This document shows positions 1 to 10,724 of a DNA stretch of 64,000 nucleotides, piece by piece. Made by a program: the position numbers and the translations under genes. The stretch lies in assembly GCA_963715195.1 (NCBI GenBank), contig CAVQRT010000007.1, forward strand, positions 320,001 to 384,000, given 5' to 3'. This DNA is from Thermodesulfovibrionales bacterium (GTDB taxonomy: Bacteria > Nitrospirota > Thermodesulfovibrionia > Thermodesulfovibrionales > SM23-35). Under the pieces are notes generated by a model. That model did no database searches and was not told where the DNA came from. It saw nothing but the letters and a program-made list of their open reading frames with translations. Position 1 is the first letter of the stretch. Every line of letters starts with the position of its first letter.

Positions 1-4
1 AGGA

Positions 5-1156
5 ATGAAGAAGATCGCTCTTTCCACCAGGATCCTGTTATCTCATACAGTATCCCCTTCCGATTTTATCGAAGGATGCCTCCTCGGAATTTACAGATTT
101 CAAAAATATTTTCGTGAAAAAAAGAACACCGCAATCGAGTCGATAACAATACTTTCAAAATCCTCGAGGGAACTGCAGGATGTTCTGCATTGGACTGAAT
201 CCCTCACGTCCTCTGTCAATTTTGCGAGAGATCTCATCAATACCCCCGCAAACGATATGACACCGACACATCTTGCAGATACGGCACTTTCTCTCGAGAG
301 AAAACATCTTTCGATAAAAATTCTCGAACACAAGAATGCTAAGAAACTGGGTATGGGGGCCTATCTTTCTGTAGCACAAGGATCACATCAGCCGCCAAAA
401 TTCATTATCCTCGACTACAAGGGCTCAAAAAGCAAGCCCATTGTTCTTATCGGTAAATCAATCACTTTTGACAGCGGAGGCATATCATTAAAACCAGCGA
501 ACGGAATGGAAAAAATGAAATACGATATGGCAGGCGGCGCGGCTGTCCTGGGAGTTTTGAAAGCCATTTCTGCATCGCGGATGCCTGTTCATGTCATAGG
601 AATTTTGCCTGGAACTGAGAATCTCCCTGGCGGTTCTGCCGCGAGACCGGGTGATGTTGTCAGGGCGGTAAATGGCAAAACTGTCGAAATAATCAGTACT
701 GATGCGGAAGGACGCATGACGCTGGCCGATGCGATCGGGTATGCAATACTGCGTTACAGACCGCGGGCGATCATCGACATAGCGACGCTCACCGGGGCAT
801 GTGCAATAGCCTTCGGCAATTGTGCAATCGCCATGATGGGAAACGACAGGGCACTTCTCGATGCAATGAAAAAGGCCGGTGAGAGTACCCATGAAAGAGT
901 CTGGGAAATGCCCCTTCTTGAAGAATGCAAGGATTATCTGAAAAGTGATGTTGCTGACTTGAAAAATACGGGCGGAAAAGGCGGTTCACTCTTATCATCC
1001 GCGTATTTCCTCTCTGAATTTGCGGAAAAGATCCCTTGGGTTCACCTGGACATCGCTGGAACCGCATGGGGAGAAAAAGAACGGCCCTATATTCCTAAGG
1101 GCGCTTCAGGAGTGGGAGTCAGGCTCCTCGCAACCCTTATAAAGGAGTGGCAATGA
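5..1156 (+). CDS. pepA: Leucyl aminopeptidase (M17), probably 5'-truncated by the window edge
   Basis: Motifs GKSITFDSGG, MKYDMAG, STDAEGR, WVHLDIAG; shorter than a full PepA and the frame is open to the window start. Confidence 0.93.
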   Translation: MKKIALSTRILLSHTVSPSDFIEGCLLGIYRFQKYFREKKNTAIESITILSKSSRELQDVLHWTESLTSSVNFARDLINTPANDMTPTHLADTALSLERKHLSIKILEHKNAKKLGMGAYLSVAQGSHQPPKFIILDYKGSKSKPIVLIGKSITFDSGGISLKPANGMEKMKYDMAGGAAVLGVLKAISASRMPVHVIGILPGTENLPGGSAARPGDVVRAVNGKTVEIISTDAEGRMTLADAIGYAILRYRPRAIIDIATLTGACAIAFGNCAIAMMGNDRALLDAMKKAGESTHERVWEMPLLEECKDYLKSDVADLKNTGGKGGSLLSSAYFLSEFAEKIPWVHLDIAGTAWGEKERPYIPKGASGVGVRLLATLIKEWQ

Positions 1157-1989
1157 TACTTTTTAAGCTCATATGCATCATCTCTTTTTTGATGATTCCA
1201 ACCCTCGCTTTTGCCTGGGGTCCATTGACGCATACGTACCTCGGCAATGAGTTATTGTCACTCGGGGCATTGCTCCCTGCAGGGGTTTATAAGATTATCA
1301 GGCGCCACAGGAAGGATTTTATCTACGGAAATCTGATGGCTGATATTATTGTGGGGAAGAAATATCTCCCCGATCACAAAAACTCACACAGCTGGGGATT
1401 TGCCTTTAATCTCCTGAGTGTGGCGGAGACGAAGCAACAGAAAGCATTCGTCTACGGATATATGTGCCATCTCGCAGCAGATACAGTGGCGCACAATATC
1501 TATACCGTAAACAAAAAGAGTTTGCGGCACACCTTACTCGAAATGAAGGCTGACTGCATTATTGATAAAAAATACTGGCAGCAGGCAGTTTTTATCGATC
1601 CCGAAATACAGATGAGAAATGATATCTTTCTGCAGAATTCTATCGAACGGTTTATTTTTTCCTTCAAAACAAATAAGAGAATATTGAAGGGTGTGGTATA
1701 TCTAACTATCTGCTATCCGCCGCATATAGGTGATTTTATAGACAGGAATCTCGTGACATACATGCCCGACCGTGAAAAGATCGAAAAACTTCACCACGAA
1801 TCACTTGACAGAATTGTGGATCTCTTTCAGCACTGGGAAAAGGCTGAAGCCTTAAAACTCAACCCAAGCGGGCACATGCACAGGAGAAAAATAATCAACG
1901 GGCAGTTCAAATCTTTTCTCTTCAGACCGATTACGATAAGGCCTGCTGACTTTTTGCGTAAAACGACAAAACGCCTCAGGGACATGTAA
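1153..1989 (+). CDS. Zinc-dependent phospholipase C family protein
   Basis: Signal peptide followed by WGPLTH; GYMCHLAADTVAH and HTLLE motifs; ATGA overlap with the pepA stop. Confidence 0.7.
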   Translation: MILFKLICIISFLMIPTLAFAWGPLTHTYLGNELLSLGALLPAGVYKIIRRHRKDFIYGNLMADIIVGKKYLPDHKNSHSWGFAFNLLSVAETKQQKAFVYGYMCHLAADTVAHNIYTVNKKSLRHTLLEMKADCIIDKKYWQQAVFIDPEIQMRNDIFLQNSIERFIFSFKTNKRILKGVVYLTICYPPHIGDFIDRNLVTYMPDREKIEKLHHESLDRIVDLFQHWEKAEALKLNPSGHMHRRKIINGQFKSFLFRPITIRPADFLRKTTKRLRDM

Positions 1990-3160
1990 CATTTTCTCCA
2001 AGCCTGTCCCTTCCAAACGGTGAGAGCTGTCTGAGATTTAGAATTATCCCCGGCATAATTTCTATCACCCGATCGATCTCGGCTTCAGTATTATAGCGGC
2101 TCAGCGAGAACCGGATTGATCCGTGGATTGCAGTGAAAGGCACACCCATTGCACGGAGAACATGGGAGGGTTCGAGCGACCCCGATGTACACGCCGATCC
2201 GGATGAAGCACAGATACCATATTCATTGAGTCTCAGCAATATCGCCTCTCCCTCAACATATTCGAAACTCAGGTTTGTCGTATTCGGCAATCTGCTGGTA
2301 ACGTCACCATTAATTCTCACGTCGGGGCATTTCTGAATAAGTGCTTTCTCAAGTTTGTCCCGCAGATAAGAAAGCTGCCGAGACTCCTCTGATAGATTTT
2401 TTGCAGCGATCTCACATGCCTTCCCAAGTCCAATGATTGAAGCGACATTTTCAGTCCCTGCCCTTCTCCCCCTCTCCTGATGACCTCCGATGAGATAAGG
2501 AGAAAATCTCGTCCCTTTCCGGACATAGAGGATACCTATTCCTTTCGGAGCGTGCAGCTTGTGGCCGGAGAGGGATAGCATATCGACCGGGAGATTATTC
2601 ACGTTAATGGGTATCTTGCCTGCAACCTGGACTGCATCAGTATGAAACAACACCCGGCGCTCTTTGAGTACGCTGCCGATTTCCGAAATAGGGAATATGT
2701 TACCTATTTCATTGTTCGCATACATGATGGTTACGAGCACGGTATCTTCATCAATCACCTTATAGAGCTCATCAGTGTTTACCTGTCCTTGATGGTTTAC
2801 CGTCAAGAAGGTTATCCGATATCCTTTTCGTGCAAGATGCCTGCAAAAGCTTAATACGGCTGGATGTTCCACTCTTGTCGTGATGATGTGTTTTTTCTGC
2901 GGAAATGATTCTGCTACACTCATGATTGCGGTATTGTCGCTCTCTGTTCCGCAACTTGTGAAGATGATCTCCTCCGGTTCGGCCCCGATGAGCCGGGCAA
3001 CCTTTTCACGTGATTCCTCAATTTTCCTGTGAAGCTGCCCGCCGAAAGTGTGCATGCTGGACGGATTACCGTAATATTCCCTGAGATAGGGGAGCATCTC
3101 TTCAATGACCTCTGGCGCTATCTGCGTCGTTGCATTATTATCAAGGTAAATAGGATTCAT
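1976..3160 (-). CDS. nifS: Cysteine desulfurase NifS
   Basis: YLDNNATT, SGHKLH (PLP lysine), SSGSACTS (catalytic Cys); coupled to nifU. Confidence 0.95.
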   Translation of the reverse strand: MNPIYLDNNATTQIAPEVIEEMLPYLREYYGNPSSMHTFGGQLHRKIEESREKVARLIGAEPEEIIFTSCGTESDNTAIMSVAESFPQKKHIITTRVEHPAVLSFCRHLARKGYRITFLTVNHQGQVNTDELYKVIDEDTVLVTIMYANNEIGNIFPISEIGSVLKERRVLFHTDAVQVAGKIPINVNNLPVDMLSLSGHKLHAPKGIGILYVRKGTRFSPYLIGGHQERGRRAGTENVASIIGLGKACEIAAKNLSEESRQLSYLRDKLEKALIQKCPDVRINGDVTSRLPNTTNLSFEYVEGEAILLRLNEYGICASSGSACTSGSLEPSHVLRAMGVPFTAIHGSIRFSLSRYNTEAEIDRVIEIMPGIILNLRQLSPFGRDRLGENVTCP

Positions 3161-3987
3161 TGAGCCTCAACGATAATATCATCACTTACCAGTTCTCTCA
3201 GTTTTTCCTGGATACCATTGATGGTGACTCCCGCCATGACGCAGCCGGTGCACATGCCCCGGAGGGCAATCATCACCTTATTGCCGTCAATGTCTATAAT
3301 TTCCAGATCACCGCCGTCTGCCTGCAGACCGGGCCTGATCTCCCGCTCTATAATTTCCTGAATGAGAGCGATTTTCTGGAGGTTTGTCAGCTTTTTCGGT
3401 TTCTCCGGTTTCTCCTGCGCATTCAGAGACCATATATCTCTCAAGAGTGCTTCTATATCATCGCTGCATTCACCGCACCCTCCCCCCGCTTTGGTGTAAT
3501 CTGTTATCTCCTCAACGGTTGTAAGGTGATTTTCGATCGCGACTTTCCTGATCTTTTCCTCAGTGACGTTGAAGCACTTGCAGACAACCTTGCCCTCTTC
3601 CTCAACAGGAACCGGTGTACCACGGTAATTTGCGATAGCTGCTTCAAGGGCTTCTCTTCCCATCACAGAGCAATGCATCTTTTCCTTGGGAAGACCACCG
3701 AGGAAATCCGCGATATCCTGATTTGAAATCCGCAGCGCCTCATCAACGGTTTTCCCTTTTATCAGTTCAGTGAGGGCCGATGAGCTTGCAATAGCACTCG
3801 CACAGCCAAATGTCTGGAACTTCGCATCGGCGATCTTGTTCGTCTCCTTGTCTATTTTCAGGGTCAGCCGTAATGCATCACCACAGACGATACTGCCTAC
3901 GTCTCCGACGCCATCAGGGTTCTCGATCTCGCCGATATTTTTTGGCTGGAGAAAGAATTCCTTTACTTTCGCAGTGTAATCCCACAT
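3157..3987 (-). CDS. nifU: Fe-S cluster assembly protein NifU (IscU-like, Bfd-like and Nfu domains)
   Basis: CGD, FGCASAIAS, KMHCS; central CKC...CGEC; C-terminal CTGC. Confidence 0.95.
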   Translation of the reverse strand: MWDYTAKVKEFFLQPKNIGEIENPDGVGDVGSIVCGDALRLTLKIDKETNKIADAKFQTFGCASAIASSSALTELIKGKTVDEALRISNQDIADFLGGLPKEKMHCSVMGREALEAAIANYRGTPVPVEEEGKVVCKCFNVTEEKIRKVAIENHLTTVEEITDYTKAGGGCGECSDDIEALLRDIWSLNAQEKPEKPKKLTNLQKIALIQEIIEREIRPGLQADGGDLEIIDIDGNKVMIALRGMCTGCVMAGVTINGIQEKLRELVSDDIIVEAQ

Positions 3988-4186
3988 GGTTAATTTAATC
4001 AGATGGGTGAAGGAAATGTCAATTTATTACTGTAAATTAAGGGCTTAGCATAGCATGAGCATGAAGAACGCAATGAGTGGAATATCAGTGCATATCTGCT
4101 ATAATGAGAGGGCATGTTTGGGAAACGGTTATTCTTCGTAGTTCATGCTCTCAGAGAAATCTATCAGAGAAAAGGAGGAGATCAAA

Positions 4187-4471
4187 ATGGCTTACTATGT
4201 TGTTCTCAGTACACTCACTGATGAAGGAAGGAAAACGATCAAGGAGAATCCCAAAAGAATCCTGGAAGTAAATCATGAACTTGAGAAAATGGGGATCACA
4301 GTGAAGGAGCAGTATGCAGTTCTTGGACCCTACGACTTTGTGAACATCGTTGAGGCGGCTGATAACACTGCGATCATGAAAATGTCCGTTGATCTTGGTG
4401 CACGGGGGTCAGTCCAGCTTCTCACGCTCGCCGCACTCCCTATTGAGGATTTTATCAAAAAGGTTAAGTAG
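4187..4471 (+). CDS. GYD domain protein
   Basis: LSTLTDEG...LGPYDFVNIVEA pattern; AGGAGG upstream of ATG 4187. Confidence 0.75.
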   Translation: MAYYVVLSTLTDEGRKTIKENPKRILEVNHELEKMGITVKEQYAVLGPYDFVNIVEAADNTAIMKMSVDLGARGSVQLLTLAALPIEDFIKKVK

Positions 4472-4552
4472 GGCATTTTCCGTTCAGGGCTGTTGAGAAC
4501 ATCCCCCTTGACTTCCTACCGGAGGCAAGGGGGATGGAAAAGGTATGACAGG

Positions 4553-4840
4553 ATGAATACATGTGCATTATGTGGCAAGCAGATTTATACAGATAAGTAC
4601 TTTTCGCGGAAATCTTCATGCCCCAAATGTGGCGGCGACCTCCATATCTGTATGAATTGCAAGTTCTATTCCGAGAAAAGCCATAACAAATGCCTTGAGC
4701 CAAAAGCGGAATTTCAGCGCGTACGCGACAAAGCCAACTTCTGCGACTTCTTTGCCTTCAGGGAATCCTCTGCAGCCTCATCCGGTAAGGAAAAAGAGGA
4801 TGCCTTGAACGCGTTCGAGAATTTATTTAAAAAATCCTGA
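4553..4840 (+). CDS. Small Cys-rich, zinc-ribbon-like hypothetical protein
   Basis: CALC, CPKC, CMNC and NFCDFF motifs. Confidence 0.65.
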   Translation: MNTCALCGKQIYTDKYFSRKSSCPKCGGDLHICMNCKFYSEKSHNKCLEPKAEFQRVRDKANFCDFFAFRESSAASSGKEKEDALNAFENLFKKS

Positions 4841-4861
4841 AGTTCGAGTATTTGTGGTGCC

Positions 4862-5326
4862 TCAAGAATTTTTTTTCCTGGCGAGAATACGGATTCCCTC
4901 ACCAGCTATAACCAACAAAACACCGGCAACAAAAATATACCGGTTAGATACAGCAATTTTCCTCTGTATGGTCATAACCTGCTTTTTCTCGAATTTTAGA
5001 TTGAACAGAACACGCGGCATTCGGTCTTTGTATCGCGCATTGTAAAATCTTTCGACGATCTGGTCTTCCGGAAGGGATTTCAGTTCCCGGTGATCCCTTC
5101 TATATTCAATGAATTCCGCGTACAATTGTTCGTCTCTATCCGGCACAACTTTGACCGTGCCTTCCCGAAAAACGATTTCTCCTGTCCAGATAACTCTGAC
5201 AAGACACCAAAGAAGACTGCCGTGATCACCGTACGCCGAAGACAAGGGGACACTGGCAAGCGGGACTAGAATGCCGGTAATGATGAGAATTACACCGATC
5301 GTCTTCTTTTGCCTATTGTTGAACAC
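4862..5326 (-). CDS. Hypothetical membrane protein
   Basis: 154-aa ORF with hydrophobic segments near both ends. Confidence 0.55.
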   Translation of the reverse strand: MFNNRQKKTIGVILIITGILVPLASVPLSSAYGDHGSLLWCLVRVIWTGEIVFREGTVKVVPDRDEQLYAEFIEYRRDHRELKSLPEDQIVERFYNARYKDRMPRVLFNLKFEKKQVMTIQRKIAVSNRYIFVAGVLLVIAGEGIRILARKKNS

Positions 5327-5341
5327 TGAGCATTATAGCCA

Positions 5342-5378
5342 AAAAAAGGGCGAGGTAAACCCTCGCCCAATGTTTTTT
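5342..5378 (-). terminator. Intrinsic terminator after the octaheme cytochrome gene
   Basis: GGGCGAGG/CCTCGCCC stem followed by a T run on the minus strand. Confidence 0.75.
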
Positions 5379-5393
5379 AGTAAATCTTGACCG

Positions 5394-6674
5394 CTATTTG
5401 GTATGAGTTGCCCTCATCGTTGCAGCCAGTTCCCTGATCTCACCGAGATCCTTCACCATCATCGCCCACCCATACCAATAGGCATAATCAGGGTTTACAT
5501 GGAATAAGGCCTGATATGCCCTCATCCGGTGTTTCATATACATCTGAAACAATACCTGGTCGATAAAGGAAAGTTTTTTCATATCGCCGCCTCCGGTCTG
5601 CATGAAATACAGGAAATCAGGATACGCGAAGGCGTAATTGTCAGGCTTTTTGATAATACCGTCTTTATAGAGCCCTGCAACAATTTCGATCGCCTCAGCA
5701 AGAAGACGGTCGGTCTTCATCATCATAGTGTCAGCCATATTCAATTGCTCACGGGCATAAGGCTCCGAGTGGCAAGTGCTGCATACCTTTATCATCTTTT
5801 CACGTTCGGTCTTCCATGCCTCTTCTGTAAGGCGCACCATATCGACAGCCTTCACTGCGTCAAGACGAGCAGTTGGTTGTCCTGTTTCAGGATTTAAAAC
5901 ACCCAGCGCCTTCAGAATTATGATCCTGTCCGCCTTCCATTGAGGGTCTTCAGGCAACGGAAGCCGGACACCAAGGAACCCCCAGGCCGTTCTGTTTTCA
6001 TGAGAGCCGGTGGGCATATGGCAATCCTGGCATTTCGGTGCAGTAGCCTCACCCGGAAGATTCTTAGAATCCCGTATAAACCAGCGGGTCCCGTGCTTGG
6101 CGCTGCTCCACATCTCCCATTGAGGATGATCATACCCCATATGGCACTGCTGACATGCCCGCGGGTCTGATGCCTCCTTCTTTGAAAAAGTATGCCTGGT
6201 ATGACATTCATCGCACGAATTCATTTGGTATCTGTATCCTTTATCCCGTTGTTCCTTTTTCTGTGCTTCGGTTTTTATGCCCATATTATGGCAACCACCG
6301 CAGCCTTTGCCGCCTTCCATCAGTTCATCCGGCTCGACATGGGTAATCGGGAGGGCATTCATCGAAATCCACCCAAAATTGTGTTTGCCTTTTCCAAATT
6401 CGCTAAATTGTTTTGCATGACATTGACCGCAGACCTTTTCATCAGGCATTTGGGCAAGGTTAGCATTCTGGGCGCTATTGTGATTATTCCCATGGCATGT
6501 TGAACAGGTAACGTTCACTGCACTGTGTTTGCTTATCTTCCAGTCTTTGACCTGCCCAGGTGATAACTTTTGATGACACGAAACACAGGAATTCTCTTCA
6601 GCATATGACGCGCTCATCAGTACAAATACAATGAAGAAAAAGATACAAGACAGCATTACCATACTTCTTTTCAT
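5394..6674 (-). CDS. Octaheme cytochrome c, hydroxylamine oxidoreductase (HAO)-like family
   Basis: Signal peptide; eight CxxCH motifs (CVSCH, CSTCH, CGQCH, CGGCH, CDECH, CQQCH, CQDCH, CSTCH); HAO-type CHTRHTFS and CHMGYDHPQWE segments. Confidence 0.85.
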   Translation of the reverse strand: MKRSMVMLSCIFFFIVFVLMSASYAEENSCVSCHQKLSPGQVKDWKISKHSAVNVTCSTCHGNNHNSAQNANLAQMPDEKVCGQCHAKQFSEFGKGKHNFGWISMNALPITHVEPDELMEGGKGCGGCHNMGIKTEAQKKEQRDKGYRYQMNSCDECHTRHTFSKKEASDPRACQQCHMGYDHPQWEMWSSAKHGTRWFIRDSKNLPGEATAPKCQDCHMPTGSHENRTAWGFLGVRLPLPEDPQWKADRIIILKALGVLNPETGQPTARLDAVKAVDMVRLTEEAWKTEREKMIKVCSTCHSEPYAREQLNMADTMMMKTDRLLAEAIEIVAGLYKDGIIKKPDNYAFAYPDFLYFMQTGGGDMKKLSFIDQVLFQMYMKHRMRAYQALFHVNPDYAYWYGWAMMVKDLGEIRELAATMRATHTK

Positions 6675-6812
6675 GGCTCAACTCCTTTTTTGGATCATTT
6701 GTAGTTTTTGACGCAGCACTCCGAAGTAGCTCATTATATCACAAAAGTAAATTTCGGAAATGTTTCCAGCAGGATACGTGATAAATTATCGTTCCGGCAG
6801 ATTCGATCATAA

Positions 6813-6842
6813 TTGACGTATCTCCTGCATATTCTTTACAAT
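6813..6842 (+). promoter_or_regulatory. Sigma70-like promoter of tRNA-Leu
   Basis: TTGACG-18 nt-TACAAT ending 7 nt before the tRNA. Confidence 0.55.
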
Positions 6843-6849
6843 CAGGCAT

Positions 6850-6936
6850 GCCGAAGTGGCGGAATTGGTAGACGCAAGGGACTTAAAATCCCTCGTGGGC
6901 AACCGCGTACCGGTTCGAGTCCGGTCTTCGGCACCA
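6850..6936 (+). tRNA. tRNA-Leu (anticodon TAA)
   Basis: Acceptor stem GCCGAAG/CTTCGGC, anticodon arm AGGGA-CTTAAAA-TCCCT, long variable arm, GGTTCGAGTCC, encoded CCA. Confidence 0.97.
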
Positions 6937-7671
6937 ATACTATCAAGTGTTGGTGAGGTGCAAGGGATTTTAATATAATTTATGAGACATGTATTGCTAA
7001 CAGTTTTACACCAGTCGGCTTCATAATTGGAATGGGTATAACGGTTTATACGTGGCATGTCCGAAAGCGAAGCACAAACACGACCTAAGTTAGCGTCCTG
7101 AGTCCTGATAGCGCCGCAAATCGAAGAACATTCACTTCATGCTTATCTGCCGGTTGGTGCTCATTCTCACAGTAGTCGATAAAAACATCAATTTTCGATA
7201 TCTGTTTAATTCCCATTCTACTGAACAGGACTTAGAAAATCAGGGGCGTCACTTTCCATTTGAATGATGCATGGCAAGAAGCTGACGGGTTATTCAATCC
7301 GAAAAGAAATAAACGATTTCCAGAAAAGTGTGGCAAGAAAGAATAACATTGTGACTCGATTTGAACAGTCAACCTATTAACACGCAGAAACAAGAAAGGA
7401 TGGAAACGAAAGATTTTGGTTACAAATAAGCAGATAACAGTTTTGGCACAGCAAAAGAGAGCAGGGTCTTCACTTCCTTCTCCTCTTCTTAGTTCGGAAA
7501 ATTAAGAAAAAAAGCAAAACCAAAATAAAAAAAACGATTTCAGCAGAGTGATTTTTTAGAATGTTAAGTACAAAGTCCATATTTGGATTTTTAGCAAATT
7601 ATAGGTGGAAATCACTCGCTATAGCAGTTGTCGCAGTCTGCAGAATTATACAGACTGTTAAAATACCTTTT

Positions 7672-8842
7672 TCATTGCACTACCCCCCTCAACAGCCTAT
7701 AACTGTAATATGTCTCCGCATTATACACATGCCAGTTATTGTATTGGTCACCATAGATAAACCACTCTGTCGGCTGAGTAGCGTACAGAGTTTCACACAT
7801 CTCTGCCTGATTGCACATTTCATAACAGATGCCCGTATTCTCAGCAGGGCAACATGAGGTATCGTAAGGTTCTACATCTATGAGGATTATTCCCCAGCCT
7901 ATTTTCATGTACCAGTAAGGCCTTGCATACATATCGCCTGTGCAATAAACCTCAATACCGATTTCTTCTGCTGTGCAGGGATTAGATTCTGTGCAATCAC
8001 CACACCGTAACACTCTCGCTTGGTCAGGACAGCAATCAATCGGTTCAGGTTCAGGCGTAGACATGAGTTGGTTCAGGTGTAAGTTCGGGAGTTGGTTCAG
8101 GTGTAGGTTCGGGAGTTGGTTCAGGTGTAGGTTCGGGAGTTGGTTCAGGTGTAGGTTCGGGAGTTGTCACACAAGCTTTGTTGCTATGAGTAGACTCATT
8201 GCCAGCAGCATCATAAGCCGTTACCGTATAACAGTATTGAGTGCCTGGATTTAAACCATCAAAATATGTTGAAGTTCCGGTTTCGGATTTTTGATATGTT
8301 CCATCCCCGCAATAAATCCTATATCCGACAACTCCAGTATTATCTGTGCCAGCAGTCCAAGAGAGGTTAATCAGACCTGATGTAACGGCTGTTGCTGTTA
8401 GTGCTGACTCATATGGCGGAACCCCGTCTTGTAATATGTTTAGATAAACAACACAGTTTCCGTTGCTTGTCAATGTATATTTGAATTTTACATAACCTTC
8501 AATAAAATTATCCTTAGGTATCACAATTGGAACAAAATGAGATTTGTTTTCCAATAACCCCTCATGAAAAAAATAACCGTTATGCTTCATAGAGGTTTTA
8601 TAATTTTTTAAATCAACAGAAGGCAGAGTAACCATTAAATTCCATGCTAATTTCTTAGGTTTGCTGTATGCATATATGCTTTCAAAATAAACCAACTCCC
8701 CTGCAATTGCTGAATTGATAGTATCGCCCTCTTCATTAATAATTCGACATTCCATTGCACAAAGGTCGGAAACCCAAAGGAATAGATATACCACTAAAGA
8801 TACGAATAGTATTTTTCTTTTCATTGGACATTTCCATGACAT
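7672..8842 (-). pseudogene. Secreted fibronectin type III protein with a PEPT linker and Cys-rich C-terminal domain, frameshifted near 8055-8065
   Basis: ORF 8051..8842 has a signal peptide, an FN3 repeat (LSWTAGTDNTGVVGYRIY...YTVTAYDAAGNES) and PEPT repeats; the TPEPEP linker continues in another frame into ORF 7672..8064. Confidence 0.7.
8065..8166. repeat. 24-bp tandem repeat, four copies plus a partial, encoding PEPT repeats
   Basis: Unit GAGTTGGTTCAGGTGTAGGTTCGG. Confidence 0.9.
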
Positions 8843-9154
8843 AGCAATCCTCCTTGATAATTCAGACTAAGTGTACCCTTCAGGTCTTTGACCGAAAATT
8901 TATCTGAGAATAATTAAACATTTCTCCTTCAATGTTGCCTAACTTCAGAAGATATTAATGTGAGGACCATCACAAAACATCTTAGAATAATTAGGAACAG
9001 ATCCGAAGAGAGATATAAATCCTAACCTGAGTGGAGATAAACGACGACTCACGTTGATTACGGTATGAAATGCTGTATTCATAAGATAATCGAAAGGATC
9101 ATAGAGAGGAAGAACGAGACAGGGCAAGCTTCATCAAAGCAAAGATGCGCGTTG

Positions 9155-9568
9155 CTAAGTCCTTCCGTTTGAAAGAACAATTTTCAAAACAAGCCTGAAA
9201 ACCAGATAAGCTACCAGTAACCATATTAAGACTATAATTAATGCTGCAAGCCATTTTGTTTTGCCACCAATAGGAGTAGATTGAGCTTTTTCTCTACATT
9301 CTTCTATAACTTCTTTTGGGATGATTTTAAGTGATAGATAAATTCCCGCAGGTATAATGATTAAATCATCAAGATATCCTAAAACGGGTATGAAATCTGG
9401 AATCAAATCAATAGGGCTTAATGCATAAGCTACAACGATAGCAACGAAGACCTTCGCATACCAAGGAACTCTTGGATCTTTATAGGCTAAATAAAGGGCA
9501 TGTGTATCTGTTTTAAGTTGTCTTGCTTTTTCTTTTAATGATGCCATCCGCATATTATCAATTACCAT
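9155..9568 (-). CDS. YkvA/DUF1232 family membrane protein
   Basis: YALSPIDLIPDFIPVLGYLDD signature; start could be a few codons downstream. Confidence 0.9.
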   Translation of the reverse strand: MVIDNMRMASLKEKARQLKTDTHALYLAYKDPRVPWYAKVFVAIVVAYALSPIDLIPDFIPVLGYLDDLIIIPAGIYLSLKIIPKEVIEECREKAQSTPIGGKTKWLAALIIVLIWLLVAYLVFRLVLKIVLSNGRT

Positions 9569-9668
9569 TGATATTCTGCAGCATTATATAAGGTTTAAGG
9601 GAGGAGTATTTCAGGAAGGATGCTTGCTTCTTGGGATTCTTTGGATTTGCGGGTTCAGTGCTCGTATT

Positions 9669-10724
9669 TCAGTCCTTGAGTTGTTTTTTTGCCGATTTGA
9701 TGAAACGTCCAAAAGCTCTGTCTTTCTTCCGCTTGTCCAGGTATGACATCTCGTAGTATTCCGATTCTTTCTTCAGCTTCATATAGCTGGCATACCGATC
9801 TTCGGTCAGATCTCCTCTTTCAACCGCGGCTCGGACGGCACAGCCAGGCTCGTGTTCGTGGCTACAATTTGCGTAGCGACAATTGGCCGAAAGCCCAACG
9901 AGGTCCTCAAAACCTCTATTCACCCCATCATTGGCTCCAACAAGGCCTAGTTCTCGCATGCCAGGGGTATCAATTAGCATCGCACCTTGGGCAAGTACGA
10001 TAAGCTGCCGGCGTGAAGTCGCATGGGTCCCTTCCCCCGTACCGCTGACGTTCTTTGTATCTAAGACGTCCTTTCCTATGAGACGGTTGATGAGAGTTGT
10101 CTTCCCTACACCAGAGGAACCAAGCAGACAGAACGTCTTCCCTGGGGAGAGGGTCTCTTGAAACACGTCAAACCCGATACCGGTAATGTTGCTGAGACCG
10201 AGCGCTTTGGCTTTGGTGACAGAGGACACGATCGCAAGTTTCTGCTTCAATTCATCACTGGTAATCAGATCGGTCTTCGTCAGAATGACAATCGGTTCCA
10301 CATGCCCATCCGCTGCCATTACCAGGTAGCGGTCCAAACGTCGCGGATTGAAGTCAAAATGGCATGACTGGACAATGAAAGCCGTATCTATGTTGGCTGC
10401 AATCATCTGGAAGTCGACGATTTCACCCGCTGCTTTACGGCGTAAGAATGTCTTTCGCGGAAATACTCGGTGGATGATTGCTGCTGCACCATCGTTGTAG
10501 TATTGTGCCAGCACCCAATCTCCGACACACGGCAAGTCAACGGAATTCTCGGTCTCGTAAGAGAGCTTCCCCGAGAGTTCGGCAGGGACTTCTTTTGATT
10601 CATTCCTTATCAGATACGAACCGCGGTCAACTGCCGATACACGAGCTATAGTGCGGTCGTCCTCGTGCAACGGAGTAATATGCGCTTCAAACCATTGGTC
10701 AAAGCCTAGGTCGATCAATTTCAT
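9669..10724 (-). CDS. rsgA: Ribosome small subunit-dependent GTPase A
   Basis: Circularly permuted GTPase motifs TKTD, GSSGVGKT, DTPG; C-terminal CRYANCSHEHEPGC zinc finger. Confidence 0.93.
   Translation of the reverse strand: MKLIDLGFDQWFEAHITPLHEDDRTIARVSAVDRGSYLIRNESKEVPAELSGKLSYETENSVDLPCVGDWVLAQYYNDGAAAIIHRVFPRKTFLRRKAAGEIVDFQMIAANIDTAFIVQSCHFDFNPRRLDRYLVMAADGHVEPIVILTKTDLITSDELKQKLAIVSSVTKAKALGLSNITGIGFDVFQETLSPGKTFCLLGSSGVGKTTLINRLIGKDVLDTKNVSGTGEGTHATSRRQLIVLAQGAMLIDTPGMRELGLVGANDGVNRGFEDLVGLSANCRYANCSHEHEPGCAVRAAVERGDLTEDRYASYMKLKKESEYYEMSYLDKRKKDRAFGRFIKSAKKQLKD

Noticed and set aside
1976..3987. nifU-nifS as evidence of nitrogen fixation
   Set aside because: No nitrogenase genes are in the window, and NifU/NifS serve as the general Fe-S assembly system in many anaerobes
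8065..8166. Possible CRISPR array (also considered at 13840-13995 and 24671-24729)
   Set aside because: The units are contiguous with no spacers and encode peptide repeats; no cas genes are present
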